From Ranitomeya imitator (Eukaryota): DNA of 64,000 bases. The DNA lies in NCBI RefSeq assembly GCF_032444005.1, contig NC_091283.1, positions 474,796,001-474,860,000 on the forward strand, in the 5' to 3' direction. The notes below the pieces were generated by a model. It was not told where the DNA came from, did no database searches, and saw nothing but the letters and a program-made list of their open reading frames with translations. Positions within the stretch are counted from its first letter, which is position 1. Each line of letters begins with the position of its first letter. A program made the position numbers and the translations under genes. Positions 47,565-60,380 of this stretch are shown piece by piece.

Positions 47565-48600
47565 ACCCCCCTTTCAATGAGGGGCCTCTGGACCCTAAAC
47601 ACTGGACCTCACCAGTAAACAACCTACAGTGAGGATGACTCGATTCACCAGAGTTCACCTCCCCAGTCACCTGACCCTCAGGTTTAAGGTGGACACAGCA
47701 CGATAGAGTAGACAGCGTAGGCGGCACAAATCTCAAGAGCATCGACCTGAGGAATGAGTTGTGTATGGGAATTACTGAGGGTAACTCCAACTGGTAAGTC
47801 TTCGGACTGACAATGGCTGACACCCGATATGGTCCAATTACCCTCGAACTCCAGATCCCAGTTCCACACTTCCACCTGATATTTTTGGTGGACATCCATA
47901 CGTAATCATTCACACACAGGTCCGGACCTGAACGTTTATTTTCACGCATGTGTCTGCCACAAGATGGTGAACTCTTTACAGAACCGACAACAGAGGTGTC
48001 CCCCTGTGTCACCAAACTCACACCCCCACTATGCACTGAGGGAACCACCACCCTCCTCTGACCCCTCCTCCTTAGAGGTCTCTGACATACCGGGTTAGAA
48101 TGTAGTGACGGTAGAGTCTTGTCCCTACTTCCTTTAAGCACCTCTTCTGCCCACACTGGATAAGAAGGGGTAGGTTGTAGAAGGACGGCAGAGATCGTAG
48201 CTCCAGAGCAACAGTCCTCACACGATTGACCCCAGCTGATTACTTCTCTGGACCGCCAGCCTATGACAGGGTTGTGTCTTCTCAACCAAGGGAGACCTAA
48301 GACAATGGGATGCCCTCCAAGACGTAACATGACAGGAACTCTTCATGACAAGCCCCTATACGCAGATGTATATTGTCAACAACTTGGATAATGGTCCCAT
48401 GGCTGAGCAATGGCCAGGATGCTTAGTGGTCTAGCTAGCGACCTACTCTTCAGACCATGGGTCTGGGCAAAATGTGCATCCACCAAATTGACTCCTGCTC
48501 CACTGTCCACCAGCGCCGGAATATTCTCAGTTACCCCACCAACAACCACCTCAGCAGGTAAAGTACACTGAGGAGAAAATGGAGGAAATATACACTCCCT
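47565..48600 (-). pseudogene. Pol remnants: aspartic protease plus integrase C-terminal tail; RT, RNase H and integrase core absent
   Basis: ALVDSGAGVNLVD, LGLPWLRRHNPVIGW, then VWMSTKNI..IGPYRV..TYQLELP..IH. No YxDD motif in the ~2-kb internal region. Confidence 0.85.
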
Positions 48601-49479
48601 GGCCGCTTCCTTCCACACAACCAGAGGTACACGGCTTTTTAGATGGAACAGGTATTTTGGTGCGAGCTGGGCAGACATTAATAAAATGACCAGTCTGCCC
48701 ACAGTAGAAACATGCCCCCACACCACGGCGAACCCCAGACAACCCCATTTGGGAACCAACTCCTCCCAGCTGCATGGGTTCATCCGTCTGCCCAGGTGTG
48801 TCCTCCTCCATAGCAAGGACTATAGGGGGTACATTTGGTGTATGCCTCTCCCTCAAACGTCTATCCACCCGGATGGCAAGGGACTTGGCGGCCTCCAATG
48901 ACTTGGGGGCTGTGTACTGTACCAGAGTATCTTGTAACCTAGGGGACAGACCCTGCACAAAATGGCTCCTAAGAGCTGGGTCATTCCACTGTGTGTCAGT
49001 GGCCCACCTCCTGAACTCTGAACAGTACTCCTCCGGCGGCCGACCCCCCTGCTTGATCTTACAGAGTCGGGATTCCGCCAAAGAGACGCCGTCCGGGTCA
49101 CCATATACCAGCGCCAGAGCTGCAAAAACTTGTCCACCGACCGTAGAGATGGAGAACCGGTCGGCAGAGAGAAGGCCCAGGATTGGGGATCACCCTTAAG
49201 ACGGGAAACGATGATACCCACCCGTTGTTCCTCACTCCCTGATGAACGAGGGCGGAGCCTGAAGTATAACTTACAGGCCTCCTTAAAAACCAAAAATTTA
49301 TCTCTCCCACCAGAGAACCTGTCAGGAAGAGATAACTTGGGCTCAGGTTGAGCATGTACCTGGGCCGAAGCCCAAAACCCCACCAACTGCTGCAGCTGCT
49401 GCACCACCTCACCACGCAGCACCTTAAACTCGTCGGTGAAGGTCTGAAACAGTAGGGCAAAGCCCGGCATTTGAGCCAT
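48551..49479 (-). pseudogene. Gag of the Gypsy element (one frameshift near 49125)
   Basis: PEPKLSLPDRFSG, QGGRPPEEYCSEFRR, WNDPAL..F..GL, EPMQLG and zinc knuckle CFYCGQTGHFINVC. Confidence 0.88.
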
Positions 49480-50357
49480 GGCTCACCAGAAATAATGTGA
49501 AGGTCGGTGTTAATGGCACGCCGTTTACAGCGCTAAAGGGGCAGGACGGCGTACTGGAACCCGCACCTGTCCCTGCCACTATAAGGGGTCCTGGCTTTCT
49601 CTTATCTCGGGGGTACCTATGATGGTTAGGAGGCCCGAGCCGCCAGCGTATCCCTGTCTCCTGTGCAGGCCCTATCAGTGACCCCCTCTCCCCCCCAAGG
49701 GAGGTGGACTGCACCAGTGTTTAAATATCACAATAAACAGGTAAACAGACAAGGTAAAGGAAAACCACACTTAGCTTAAAGCTGCAAGGCACAGAACAGC
49801 AGGAAGAAACACCAGACACAACGGACACAGCTGTAGAACAACAGTTCCCAGCTAGCTCCTACTCTTGGCTTGGTCGCTGAAGAATGAACTAACACCGATA
49901 GTCAGCTGATGAACCAGGTGACCTCTTAAAGGATGGAGGGAGTGGTCAACACAAACATCAGCTGACCCAGCAGCAATGCAGTAACATCAGCGGCCACTGG
50001 GGGGAGGAAAACTGCATTAACCCCCAATGACCAGAAATGAAAAAAGGTCTAAAACTGAGGCAAACCAGATCTGCCACAAATCCAAAATTGGATCGTGACA
50101 GCATGGTTGAAAAGCAATGTCTGACTTTCATTTGTTTATTTTCACAGATCTTTTATCTTTTATTTCTGTGACTATTCTGGGTTTTTCTGTCATTAAATGA
50201 GGGGTACCAACAATTTTGACCACGTGTGTATACCAGGATGGGGGATTTACAGTATGTACCTGGATGGGGTACATATAACAGGATGGGGCCCAGAATAAGA
50301 GACATATCTACCAGGATGGGGGATATACCAGGGTGGGGTCAGGATAAGGGACATCAT

Positions 50358-50455
50358 GGTGGCTCAGTGGTTAGCACTGCAGCCTTGCAGCACTGGGGTC
50401 TTAGGTTCAAATCCCACCAAGGACAACATCTGCAAGGAGTTTGTATGTTCTCCCC
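50358..50455 (+). mobile_element. tRNA-derived SINE head, truncated
   Basis: A box TGGCTCAGTGG at 50360 and B box GGTTCAAATCC at 50404. Same family as 43721. Confidence 0.75.
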
Positions 50456-50781
50456 AAAAAAGTCATTTTGAAAATGGCGCCTGCGCAGTACCAGATATTG
50501 GTTTGTATAGAGATCCAATAGCTGTTGTTGCGCAGATGCCGACGGCGCCATCTTGCTGGAGAACAAAAAATGTCTCCACCTAGATGGCGCCGCTCGCACC
50601 TACGCAATAGCAGCTCTAGGAGATCGCCGACAGCTGCTATTGTGCATGCGCAGGTGGAGCCATCTTAGTGGAAGACATTTGTTTTCTTCTCCAGCAAGAT
50701 GGCGCTGCTGGTGCCTGCGCAACAGCAGATATCAGATCTCTAGCTGCTACTGTGCAGGCGCCATTTTCAAAATGACTTTTT
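50456..50781. repeat. Fold-back (palindromic) MITE-like element
   Basis: AAAAAGTCATTTTGAAAATGGCGCCTGC ... GCAGGCGCCATTTTCAAAATGACTTTTT, centred near 50620. Confidence 0.8.
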
Positions 50782-50929
50782 CTTTACCTCGCTCAAGTAA
50801 ATCTGCAAAAGGGAATAAGTGCAAAGTACACCTGCACCTGCCTGCAGAGGCATTTTTTTTTAATTTTTATTCAGTATGTGATAGTATTCATTATGCAAAC
50901 TAGGGGCAGGTTAGTGAGGGATCAGTGAC

Positions 50930-51536
50930 TTGTCAGCAGTCTACCAAAACAATCCTGTAGGAGAATTTCTGGACATCTTTTCATGAACTCAAGCTGAAGT
51001 GCACTTGGGTTATGTAGCAGGACAAGGATCCAAACCCCGCCAGCAAATCCACCTCTGAATGGCTTAAGAAAAACAAAATTAAGACTTTGGAGTGGTCTAG
51101 GCAAAGTACTGACCATAATCAGATTGAGATGCTGTGGTATGACCTTAAAAAGGTGGTTCATGCTCGCAAACTCTCCAATGTGGCTGAATTACAACACTTC
51201 TGCAAAGATGAGTGGGCTAAAATTCCTCCACAGTGCTGTAAGACATTACCAGTTATCATAAATGATTGATTGCAGTTGTTGCTGCTAAGGGTGACCCAAT
51301 CAATTACTAGGTTTAGGGGGCATTCACTTTTACTCACAGTGCTCAGTAGATTTGCATTTCTTTTTTCTTTAATAATAAATACCTTAATTTAAAAACTGCA
51401 TTTTTGCATTTTGTGGTTACATGTGTTATCTTTGTCTAATATTTAAATTTGTTTGGTGATCTGAAACATTTCAGTGTGACAAACATGCGAAAAAATCCAG
51501 AATCAGGAAGGGGGCAAACACTTTTTTACGCAACTG
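50930..51536 (+). mobile_element. 3' fragment of a second Tc1 family
   Basis: QDKDPNPASKSTSEWLKKNKIKTLEWSRQSTDHNQIEMLWYDLK. Terminal ...CAACTG|TA. Confidence 0.8.
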
Positions 51537-52364
51537 TACGAGTTATGTACTGATGGTGATTATGGTGATGGATGTATGTTCTGACGGTGGTTCTAGTGTT
51601 ACATTCATGTGCTGATAATGGTTATGGGGTTGGATTCAAGTACAGACGATGGTTCCAATCTTCTACACATGTAGCAATCCATAACTGTTCAGATGATGTG
51701 TTATATGGCTGTATTAACACTCAAAAAATCTCTGAATTTATAGTTTTAAGATTTTGAGGAGTATTTGGACAGTTTTTGCACAGTTTCTGCTCCGAAAACT
51801 CAGTGTGAGTTAGGGTGCATTGACACTGATTTGTTGCAGCAGGAACGGAGCAGAAAAATCTTCCTCAAATACTCAAAACTTGGTTGTGGTGATGTATTTA
51901 TGTTCTGACAGTGGTTCTGATGATGTATTTATGTAATTATCCCATTACATTTTTTGAGATTGGTTCAGAATGACAATGTGGCACTTGGACAAAAAAGTTG
52001 TGTAACCCTGCCCTAAAGGTTAATGCTAGTGTGCAGCATACAAAACTAGCTGAATCAGTAAGGTGGAAATATATGACAATATATGCTAATAGCTGTATAA
52101 AACACTTACATAGAAGTACAACAGATTAATATTACATTTACATATTTAGTAAAGTTGAACAAAAATATTTTCAGGACTCTGGTCCAACAGCAACATTGGT
52201 TGTTAATGGCCGCCAGATCAGAGCACTGCACACCTCCTATTACCTGTAGCACCCCTGGAACATTTTCTGCTCTGTAAACGTGCAATTTATTCCTAAGTTC
52301 TCCGAAGGATGCTGCAGGAAGTAGCAGGTTCTAGCCTGGTGACCTCTAAGGAAAACATTATATG

Positions 52365-52870
52365 TACCTCAAAAAAGTACCATTAAAAATTACAGCTCAG
52401 CAAGCAAAAAGTAAGCTTCACCAATGAAAAAATAAAAAAAAAGTTATGCTTCTTGGAAAATGGTGACACAAAAAAACAAAGTTAAACGTTTTTTTAAATC
52501 ACTAGATTAATACAAAGAATTTGGTATAATAATAATAAAAATAATACTAATTTCACCGAAATTGTACTGAACCGGTGAATCATGTTAACAGATAATTTTT
52601 CACAAAAAAATAAATGCCGTAAAAACGAAATCTCCCAAAAAAAAAAAAATTGCGGAATTGAGGGTTTTTTTCACCAATTCATCTCCCTTCTAATTTTTTC
52701 TAATTTTTCAGTACATTATAGGGTAAAATGAATGGTGTCATTCAAAACTACAATAATTTCCGTAAACAAAACAAGCCTTCATACGGCTATGACGGCATTA
52801 ATATAAAAACTGTTTATGGCTATTGGAAAAAGAAGAGGAAAATAGAATACAGGGGAAAAGACTAAAATTG
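52365..52870. mobile_element. Decayed relative of the piggyBac-type element at 4929-6194
   Basis: Shares blocks such as AAAATAAAAAAAGTTATG and TTCAAAA.TACAA with 5690-6190. Confidence 0.45.
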
Positions 52871-52883
52871 ACTGCTTCTTTAA

Positions 52884-53302
52884 AGGGAATCTATCAGCAG
52901 GATTTTGCCCGCTAATTTGAAAACAGCATGATGTAGGGGCAGAAACTCTGATTCCTGTGATGTGTCACTTACTGAACTGCTTGCTGTAGTTTTGATAAAA
53001 TCACTGTCATTTCAGCAGGAGATTATCACTAGGGGACTAGTAAACCTGCTGCCATATAGTCCTCCTTATTCATGAGCTCTGTATAACCCTGCCCCAACAC
53101 TGATTGGCAGCTTTATGCCTATGCACAGTGTACACAGGAATCTGCTAATCAGGGGTGTGGGCGGTTTATACAGAGCTCAGCATTTATATAACTAAAAGTG
53201 TAGCAAGCATCCCATTAAGAGATACATTGATATACGAGGGTTTCTGCCCCTCCATCATGCTGCTCTCAGATGGGATATAAAAAATCTGGTGACTGATTTC
53301 CT
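52884..53302. mobile_element. TTAA (T2-like) MITE
   Basis: TTAA|AGGGAATCTATCAGCAGGATTTT ... AAAATCTGGTGACTGATTTCCT. Inner inverted CAGCATGATG.AGGGGCAGAAAC. Confidence 0.6.
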
Positions 53303-54269
53303 ATAAATGCTTAAAACTGACACAAGGGAAAAAAGGAGCAGTTTCTAATGACAACTAATTAGGTCCCTGTTTTAATTTTTTACTAAAAGGGCCACTAATA
53401 AAATTGTGATCTGCATGGTTGCCATGGGCAAATGTTTCTCTTGCACTGAGTTTAAAACATCTCCTCCACTGGATCTCAAATAAAATAAAATCCCCCAAAA
53501 ATCTGACAATGTTTTTTTTAGGTGAACTATATATCTGCATTTAATCTAGCACGGCATTTGTATTGTGGATTTTTTGTTTCGGTCTATATACTTAATTGAG
53601 GAATGCGTTGAGCGGTCAGGGTGCTGGGTGCCAGTTCATTTCTCGTTTGAAGCTGTTAGTGCAGTCTGTAGCCAGAGTTTTTGTCTCTGACACTAAATAG
53701 GGTTGCTGCCACTATTGTGCACAGTGGCCAGCCTGGATCTACGCCCAGAAAGTGTACAATGATGGATATTTGCAGACTGTATGAAATTGTACTAATCGCG
53801 TGTCTGGTCATGGGACAGAGAGAGCCCTGTGGTAAGATGCTGCTAAAAGCCATTAATTAATTTGGTTGGCAGCATTGGGAAACATTTTAATTATGTTTCT
53901 AAAAAAGAGGACTTTGAATAAGGCCTCTGTAAAAAAAAGCATCCCGTGGCAGAACCTGACATCTCATGTACATTTGCTTTCCATTAGGCTACTTTCACAT
54001 GCGTGACTTTCGGTCTAGTTTAATTAAGTATCTGGCTGCTATGTAAATCAGAAACTGTTTAAATATTAACAACTTCTGCAATATCGCGGAGCTTTAGGCC
54101 AAATTCACACCTTAGTTTCTCACATAATGTACTGCCAATGTTTTTCAGTCACAGAACATCTATTGTAGTCAGTTTCGTTTTTTCAGTAAGATGGTTTACT
54201 TAAAAAAAAATAAAGATATCGCTTACTTTGCTCCAATTTTGACCATTCTAGTGATTTGATCAGTGAAAA

Positions 54270-54912
54270 GTTGACAATAAAAAAGGTTCCTAGGCTGCAA
54301 GAGCTCTGAAAAATGACAGAGCTTCCAAATGGGTGAATATAAAACTTTTTTAATAGGACTACTTGTTTCGAAGCCGCTCCAGCTCATTCTCAGGTGTGTA
54401 CAAACAGGAAGTGACAGATGAGGGTAATCAATGTCATTTCCTGTTTGTTCTTACCTTAAAGGGAACCTGTCACCTGAATTTGACGGGACTGGTTTTGGGT
54501 CATATGGGCAGAGTTTTCGGGTGTTTGATTCACCCTTTCCTTACCCGCTGGCTGCATGCTGGCTGCAATATTGGATTGAAGTTGATTCTCTGTCCTCCGT
54601 AGTACATGCCTGCGCAAGGTAAGATTGCTTTGCGCAGGCGTGTACTACGGAGGACATAGAATGAACTTCAATCCAATATTGCAGCCAGCATGCAGCCAGC
54701 GGGTAAGGAAAGGGTCAATCAAACACCCGAAAACTCCGCCCATATGACCCAAAACCAGTCCCGCCAAATTCAGGTGACAGAGTCCCTTTAAGAAGAAGTT
54801 GGATCAACTGCGAAATGCGAAGTCCTAATTAAAAAGTTTTATATTCACCCATTTGGAAGCTCTGTGATTTGGCAGAGCTCTAGCAGCCCAGCAACCTATT
54901 TTATTGTCAACT
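54270..54912. repeat. Older fold-back element hosting a younger MITE
   Basis: AGTTGACAATAAAA...GAGCTTCCAAATGGGTGAATATAAAACTTTTTAAT (54270-54355) is inverted at ~54825-54912. Confidence 0.75.
54460..54787. mobile_element. Near-perfect fold-back TTAA (T2/Kolobok-like) MITE
   Basis: TTAA|AGGGAACCTGTCACCTGAATTTG ... CAAATTCAGGTGACAGAGTCCCT|TTAA. Arms of ~160 bp. Confidence 0.9.
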
Positions 54913-56559
54913 GCTCCAGTCTCGGATCATGCCTATTCAAGGTCCAGCAGGCGTAGCTGCAGCCATTAGAGAGATCCCTCCTGTGTTTCTCAGTGTTGTA
55001 CCTTACAGCGCACAATATCACCAGGTGAGTGATTTCACTCGCTTAATCAGCGGTATAGCCATACGATTTACGCTAGGAGCACTTTTTCCGTTTTATCTTG
55101 AACAGCGAAAAAAAACAAAACAAATGGAGTTGAATCTCTGTGCTATCCATTTTTTCAGTAACTGATTGCTAGAAGAAACTTGGGAAACCTCCATCATTTT
55201 TTTTAATAAGAGAGTAACAGATGACACATGAAAAGGTATAAATGCAAGAACCCAAAAACTGAAGCAAGTGAAAACTTTATCCAGCGCAATGATGAAAATC
55301 AATACTTTTTTGTCATGATTAGGTGAAGGTTAGATTATGGCTTGGAGGGTAATAGGTTTTTTTCTTTTATCTCTATTGTTAAACTTTGACTTAATAAGCC
55401 AATGGCGACATGAATATGAAATAAAATTGTGCGACTAGTGGCAACCAAGGGTGGACTACATTTCAGATGACTGGCCTGCTGCACAATGTGGTCTCACCCT
55501 AACTAGAAGTTCAATTGTTATGCACATACACAATTGTGCTGTCAGTCATTGTATCACAAATTTTTTCTCAGCAATCAAGATGAAATGCTGGTAGATACAG
55601 ATTTCACCATTGATGGTATTCTTCATTACTCTCTTATATCAATCCTATGTTGCTTTGGCACAGCATCTCATGACAATTTAGGGTCAGTATCATCTCTATC
55701 TGCTGATAGGACATTATGATTATTCTTTCCTCTATATTCTTTTACCGTAATTATGCTACTGTATTTTAAATATAAATTAAGGAGGATGAGCTTTCAATTT
55801 CTACATTATAAGTGTGTGACATAAGCTAGAAGCTATGCAGTCATCATCAGTAACTGTGATAGAAGCTTTCTTGTACACACAGTTTCATCATAAAGAAACT
55901 TCTGCTGACTGTATTTCATGTACTTCACTCAGAGAACTTAAAGTCATGTAATTCCCAGTGGGACACCATGAGATCAAATAACCAAACTAAGAAGTATATC
56001 ATGAATTTCCACATAGAAATAATAAACAGGTGCAACTAAATATGGTAACACTATCTGAATCATATATTCATTATACACTCCTCAACATTATTGAAATTGC
56101 AATACCAAGAAGCAAAAGTTGTGGAATTATGAAAATCCCAGGATCAGTAGATGTGTTAACAGCACATTTTAAAAATATCTTGATGTATTCAGTACCGAAT
56201 ATAAGCATCAATGGTTGTCTGAGGAATGTTCTGAAATGATGAATGCACCTGAGCTCTCAAATCATCAAGATACATAGCTGATAGCTTCCTTTGCAATTAT
56301 TGACCAAATGTGCTGGATGAAAGACAACTTTGGAGACATTGCAGGCCATGGTAGCTTGTTTTGGCCACAAGGCTGCTCACAAAAGCATGAGCAACATGCG
56401 ACCTAGCATTTTTGTGTTGCTGGGACCTTTTGGAGAAATGGCCATATGACTGGTTCAATAAATCTATAAATCAGTGTTACACCAAGCTGTTAGCGTATTT
56501 TAAATGAAGCCTAAAAGAGGTTGGCTACCGTACATTATGCCACCTTCCATACCATAGTC

Positions 56560-57200
56560 CCAGGAGTAAGAACAATGTGATGTTTCCTCATAAATGCTTT
56601 TTCATGGCGTTGTCCATGTTGTCTCATGAAATTTGAAGAATGGTGCACAGTGATCCATTCTGTACTGCAAGTGATATTGAAGTCACATATCAACTCTAGG
56701 GAGTCAAGCAGTGCCTACACAATTCAATAGTAGGCATTGGCTTAACATTGGACTAAAAGCAAGACTTCCAGCTACGCCACCACTCTCAAAGACTATCAAG
56801 CAAGATGGCAATGGAGGTTGAAATGGAGGTCTATCATCTTCAGCAATGAGTCCAGCTTTTGTGTTGGACACAATGATTACTGGAGATTGGTCTGGAGTAG
56901 AGACCACATGGGCACTGCCATAAAGAGACATTTTCAAGGGAACGTCAAAAATTTTCTAGGAGCCGTTTCTCAGCACAACTCCAGGCCACATGTTGATCAT
57001 GTTACATTGAGCAGCCTGTGTGGCCTAAACGTTTTACTATGGCCTGAAGTATCTCTACATTTTTGTCCCATCAAGCACATATGGGATGTCATTGGTCAGC
57101 AATTGCAAAGAGAGCTGCCAGCAGGAGATCTTGATGATTTGTGTGCCAAAATGCATTCAGCATGGTAGAACATTCCTTAGACCACCATTAATAACTTAAT
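56560..57200 (+). pseudogene. Decayed Tc1/mariner transposase fragment
   Basis: WRSIIFSNESSFC, QHNSRPH and WPEVSLHFCPIKHIWDVIG, corresponding to FSDESRF, QDNARPH and WPxxSPDLxPIEHxWD. Confidence 0.75.
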
Positions 57201-58240
57201 AACTTTATTGATAGCAGATGAGGTGTCTAAGTATCAGTATTTTATGCATGTGGTGCGAATACATGCTACATAAATCGAACTGTTTTGAAAATGTTGTTCC
57301 CATTTTTCAAACAGGTACAATAAATAAGGTAATACTAGCTGTATTCTATATATTTGGGTGACTAGTGAGAAAATGAAATAAAAAAATAATTGAAATGTAA
57401 GTCTATTTGCAACAACTTCTTTATAAAAGTACCTCTTATGTACCAACACATTACCTGTGGCACTTTGTGCAGTAAATACCAAGTCATTGAGCTGAGATCT
57501 AAATCTGCACTTGAGCCACCACTGAGGCCATTTTCCTGAAGACCTCTGGAGGTCGATCTGCGCATATGCTGCCACCGATGCCATCTTCCTGAAGCCCGCC
57601 ACCAGATTAATCTGCGTAAGGGCCACTATCAGCTAGGATGATGCCAGTGTGAAATTTAAATGAGGGAGAAGATAGAGACAATAATGGCAGAGGAGAGGCC
57701 ATGGCAAACCTGAAAACTCTACCCACAGTCCCAGTCCGATGCACAAAGAGTTTAGTAATGCAAGACTTTTAATGATGATTTGAGAAAAAACAGGGGTACT
57801 GTTCTGGAACTTTTTTTTAACTGTTCGGCCGAACCCGGTGAACCCGAACATCCAGGGGTCCACCCATCTCTATATACTCTATTACATAACGATATATTTA
57901 TTTGTATGAGATATATCAAGGTTTATTTCATCAATAAATAAAACACAGACAGGCAGACCAATAAACAACAATATAAAAACAGTCGACAAAAAGCAAGAAC
58001 GCAGGTATTTACAGCAAGTGGTCCAGAATAAAAAGTGGACCCTTCTCAAGAGTACAGATTGCCTAAAGTGAAACAGTCTCTGTCCATCCTCCTTCTATGC
58101 ATCATTTTAACAATTATTACCACAACATGATTGCAAAAAAAGTATTGAAACATGAAAATACATTTTTAGTGCAATCAGTATTAGAAAGGATAGTGGTTGC
58201 TCCATATCACTCTTCGCTTATGATATTGAGTAGACCAGTA

Positions 58241-58516
58241 AATTATTATTATTAATTATTATTATTATACATTTTTATAGCGCCATTTATTCCATGGCGC
58301 TTTACATGTGAATACGGGGCAAATATAGACAATTACATTAACCATGAGCAGATAACAAGGCACACGAGTACATAAGGAGGGAGGACCCTGCCCGCGAGGG
58401 CTCACAGTCTGCAGGGGGTGGGTGAGGATACACTAGGAGAGGGAAGAGCTGGCTGTGCGGCTGTTCAGTAGGTTGAGGATCACTGCAGGCTGTAGGCTTG
58501 TCGGAAGAGATGAGTC
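58241..58516 (-). mobile_element. L2-type LINE/SINE 3' end
   Basis: (ATT)n-like tail followed by TTTATAGCGCC...GGCGCTTTACA and CCCTGCCCGCGAGGGCTCACAGTCT, similar in reverse to the tail at ~44000-44060. Confidence 0.7.
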
Positions 58517-59356
58517 AGGTTAAATTTCAACCTCCATACATTAGCCTTCTGCTAAGTATATTTGTACTTTGACACTGCTGGCTATACATGACAGATGTTG
58601 ATATTCAGGAATCTCAAGGTCACTAATCAGAGCTGTAAAACAAGCAATCCATTTAATCTTTCCATTCCAAGGACACATATCTAGTCACTTAACAGATGTG
58701 GCTCTTCATATTGATGAATAAATTGAATCAGTCCCTATGAGTCTCATTTACCCTAAAGTTAAAGCACTTCAATCGCTTCAGGTGATTTTTAGAATAAATC
58801 GTGGTGAGTGTACATGAGGTACAAAATTGTTTCTTTTTTCAATTGTATCCGGCATGTTTCACAAGTTTTTTCCTCTACATGCTCCATCTCGAATTTTCAG
58901 TTGCCTCTGAGCTAGTGGGTGGAATTTAGCTGCTATAATGTCTCCCATACACAGTACATAGAGACGTGTGTATCTATCTAGTACATGTTCTTACACAGCA
59001 GCATCATGGAAGTCATTTACCTCTTCCATATGTTAGATCAGCAATATCAGATAGGTGGGAGTCCAACACCTGTCACCACCACCAAGCAGCTGTTATCTGC
59101 TCCTCCACCAGACGGATGTAAACAATGTATGGAGCCAGAATAGCATGGCTTTGTACACTATTTAGTAGCACAATTCAGATGCTGAAGATCAATACTAAGC
59201 GAATTTATTTCAGTGGAATTGACTTCTTGAATTTCACAAGAATTTGTATTCTCTAGAGTACAAACTTTCTGCTATTCGCTATGTGCAGATTCAAAAATTT
59301 GGCAGCCAACTCTGGCCACCATTTTTCTGAAGCATAGATGGCTGGCAAAAGGTTAA

Positions 59357-59820
59357 TCTATATATATAATTGCCTAAGGGTTTTTCCGTCTGTCTGTCTT
59401 TCTGTCTGTCTGTCTGTCTGTCCTGGAAATCCTGCCTCTCTGATTGGTCGAGGCCGCCAGGCCTCGATCAATCAGCGACGGGCACAGCGACGATGATGTC
59501 ATAAAGGACGTAGACATCCCGCGTCCCTGATTGGTTGAGGCCGCCAGGCCTCGACCAATCAGCAACGGGCACAGCGATGATGATGTCATAATGATGTCAT
59601 AAAGGACGTAGAAATCCCACGTTTCTGATTCAGCGACGGGCACAGTATCGACGTAGATGTCATAATGGTTGCCATGGCGACGATGATGTCATAAAGGTTG
59701 CCTCGACCAATCAGCGACGGGCACAGTCTGCCGTGAATTCTGGAATTATCTTTGTCCATATACTACGGGGACATGCATATTCTAGAATACCCGATGCATT
59801 AGAATCAGGCCACAATCTAG
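59357..59820 (+). mobile_element. Short non-autonomous Helitron, same family as 8255-29707
   Basis: A|TCTATATATATAATTGCCTAAGGG ... CCCGATGCATTAGAATCAGG..CAATCTAG|T. Internal GATTGGTCG/CGACCAATC repeats. Confidence 0.85.
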
Positions 59821-60380
59821 TAGTATATAATAATACTCACCTGACCTCTTAACCCCTCCACTAAATACCTGTTGCTTTTTCCCCACCGCCTACCTTACTT
59901 TGCCGTCCTCCATCTCTTCTTTTCACATTTTCACGCGCATTCTCTTTAGCTTGCTTTTACTCTGTGTTTGATAAGAAGGCCTCTGGCATTGCTACACAGA
60001 CCACGCCTTAGGCAACACATGTTATAGCATCATGGCATCACAACGTGTGTGGCGACGGCACAGTACGTAGTGACATCTGAGGTCTAGACAGTGCTGTAGG
60101 ACCTGGAATAGAGAAAAAGCAGGCCAAAGAGGATGAACACGCTATGAGTGAAGGTGAAAAGAAGAGGCTCAAGAGACTGGATGGTGGGCTGCGGGGTCAG
60201 GTAAGTAGTGTGGTAATATATATTTTTTGTATTATGCTCTGGGTTCTGGAGAGACCACAGAGTATAATAAGGAACATTAAATTAGCAGGGAATAACTTTA
60301 ATGCAAATCAAATATCCCTGTAAAATCTTAGTTATTTGGGAATTTGTAACTTGGTAGATTCAATGATTTCTAATCAATAC

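Larger units (their letters stand above)
46990..50100 (-). mobile_element. Internally deleted Ty3/Gypsy (sushi/PEG10-like) LTR retrotransposon
   Basis: TG...CA termini and 5-bp TSD GCATG (46985-46989, 50101-50105). LTRs at 46990-47562 and 49514-50100. Polypurine tract AAAGGGGGGTAC next to the 3' LTR. Confidence 0.93.

Noticed and set aside
55093-55302. Hydrophobic minus-strand ORF resembling a GPCR TM6 (FSFWVLAFIPFHV)
   Set aside because: The frame is closed by a stop just upstream, and there are no further TM segments or convincing splice sites.
60093-60200. Exon candidate GPGIEKKQAKEDEHAMSEGEKKRLKRLDGGLRGQ with donor CAG|GTAAGT
   Set aside because: Weak acceptor, and the GGTAAGTA...T-rich pattern recurs inside MITEs in this window (e.g. 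~32232). More likely a MITE half.
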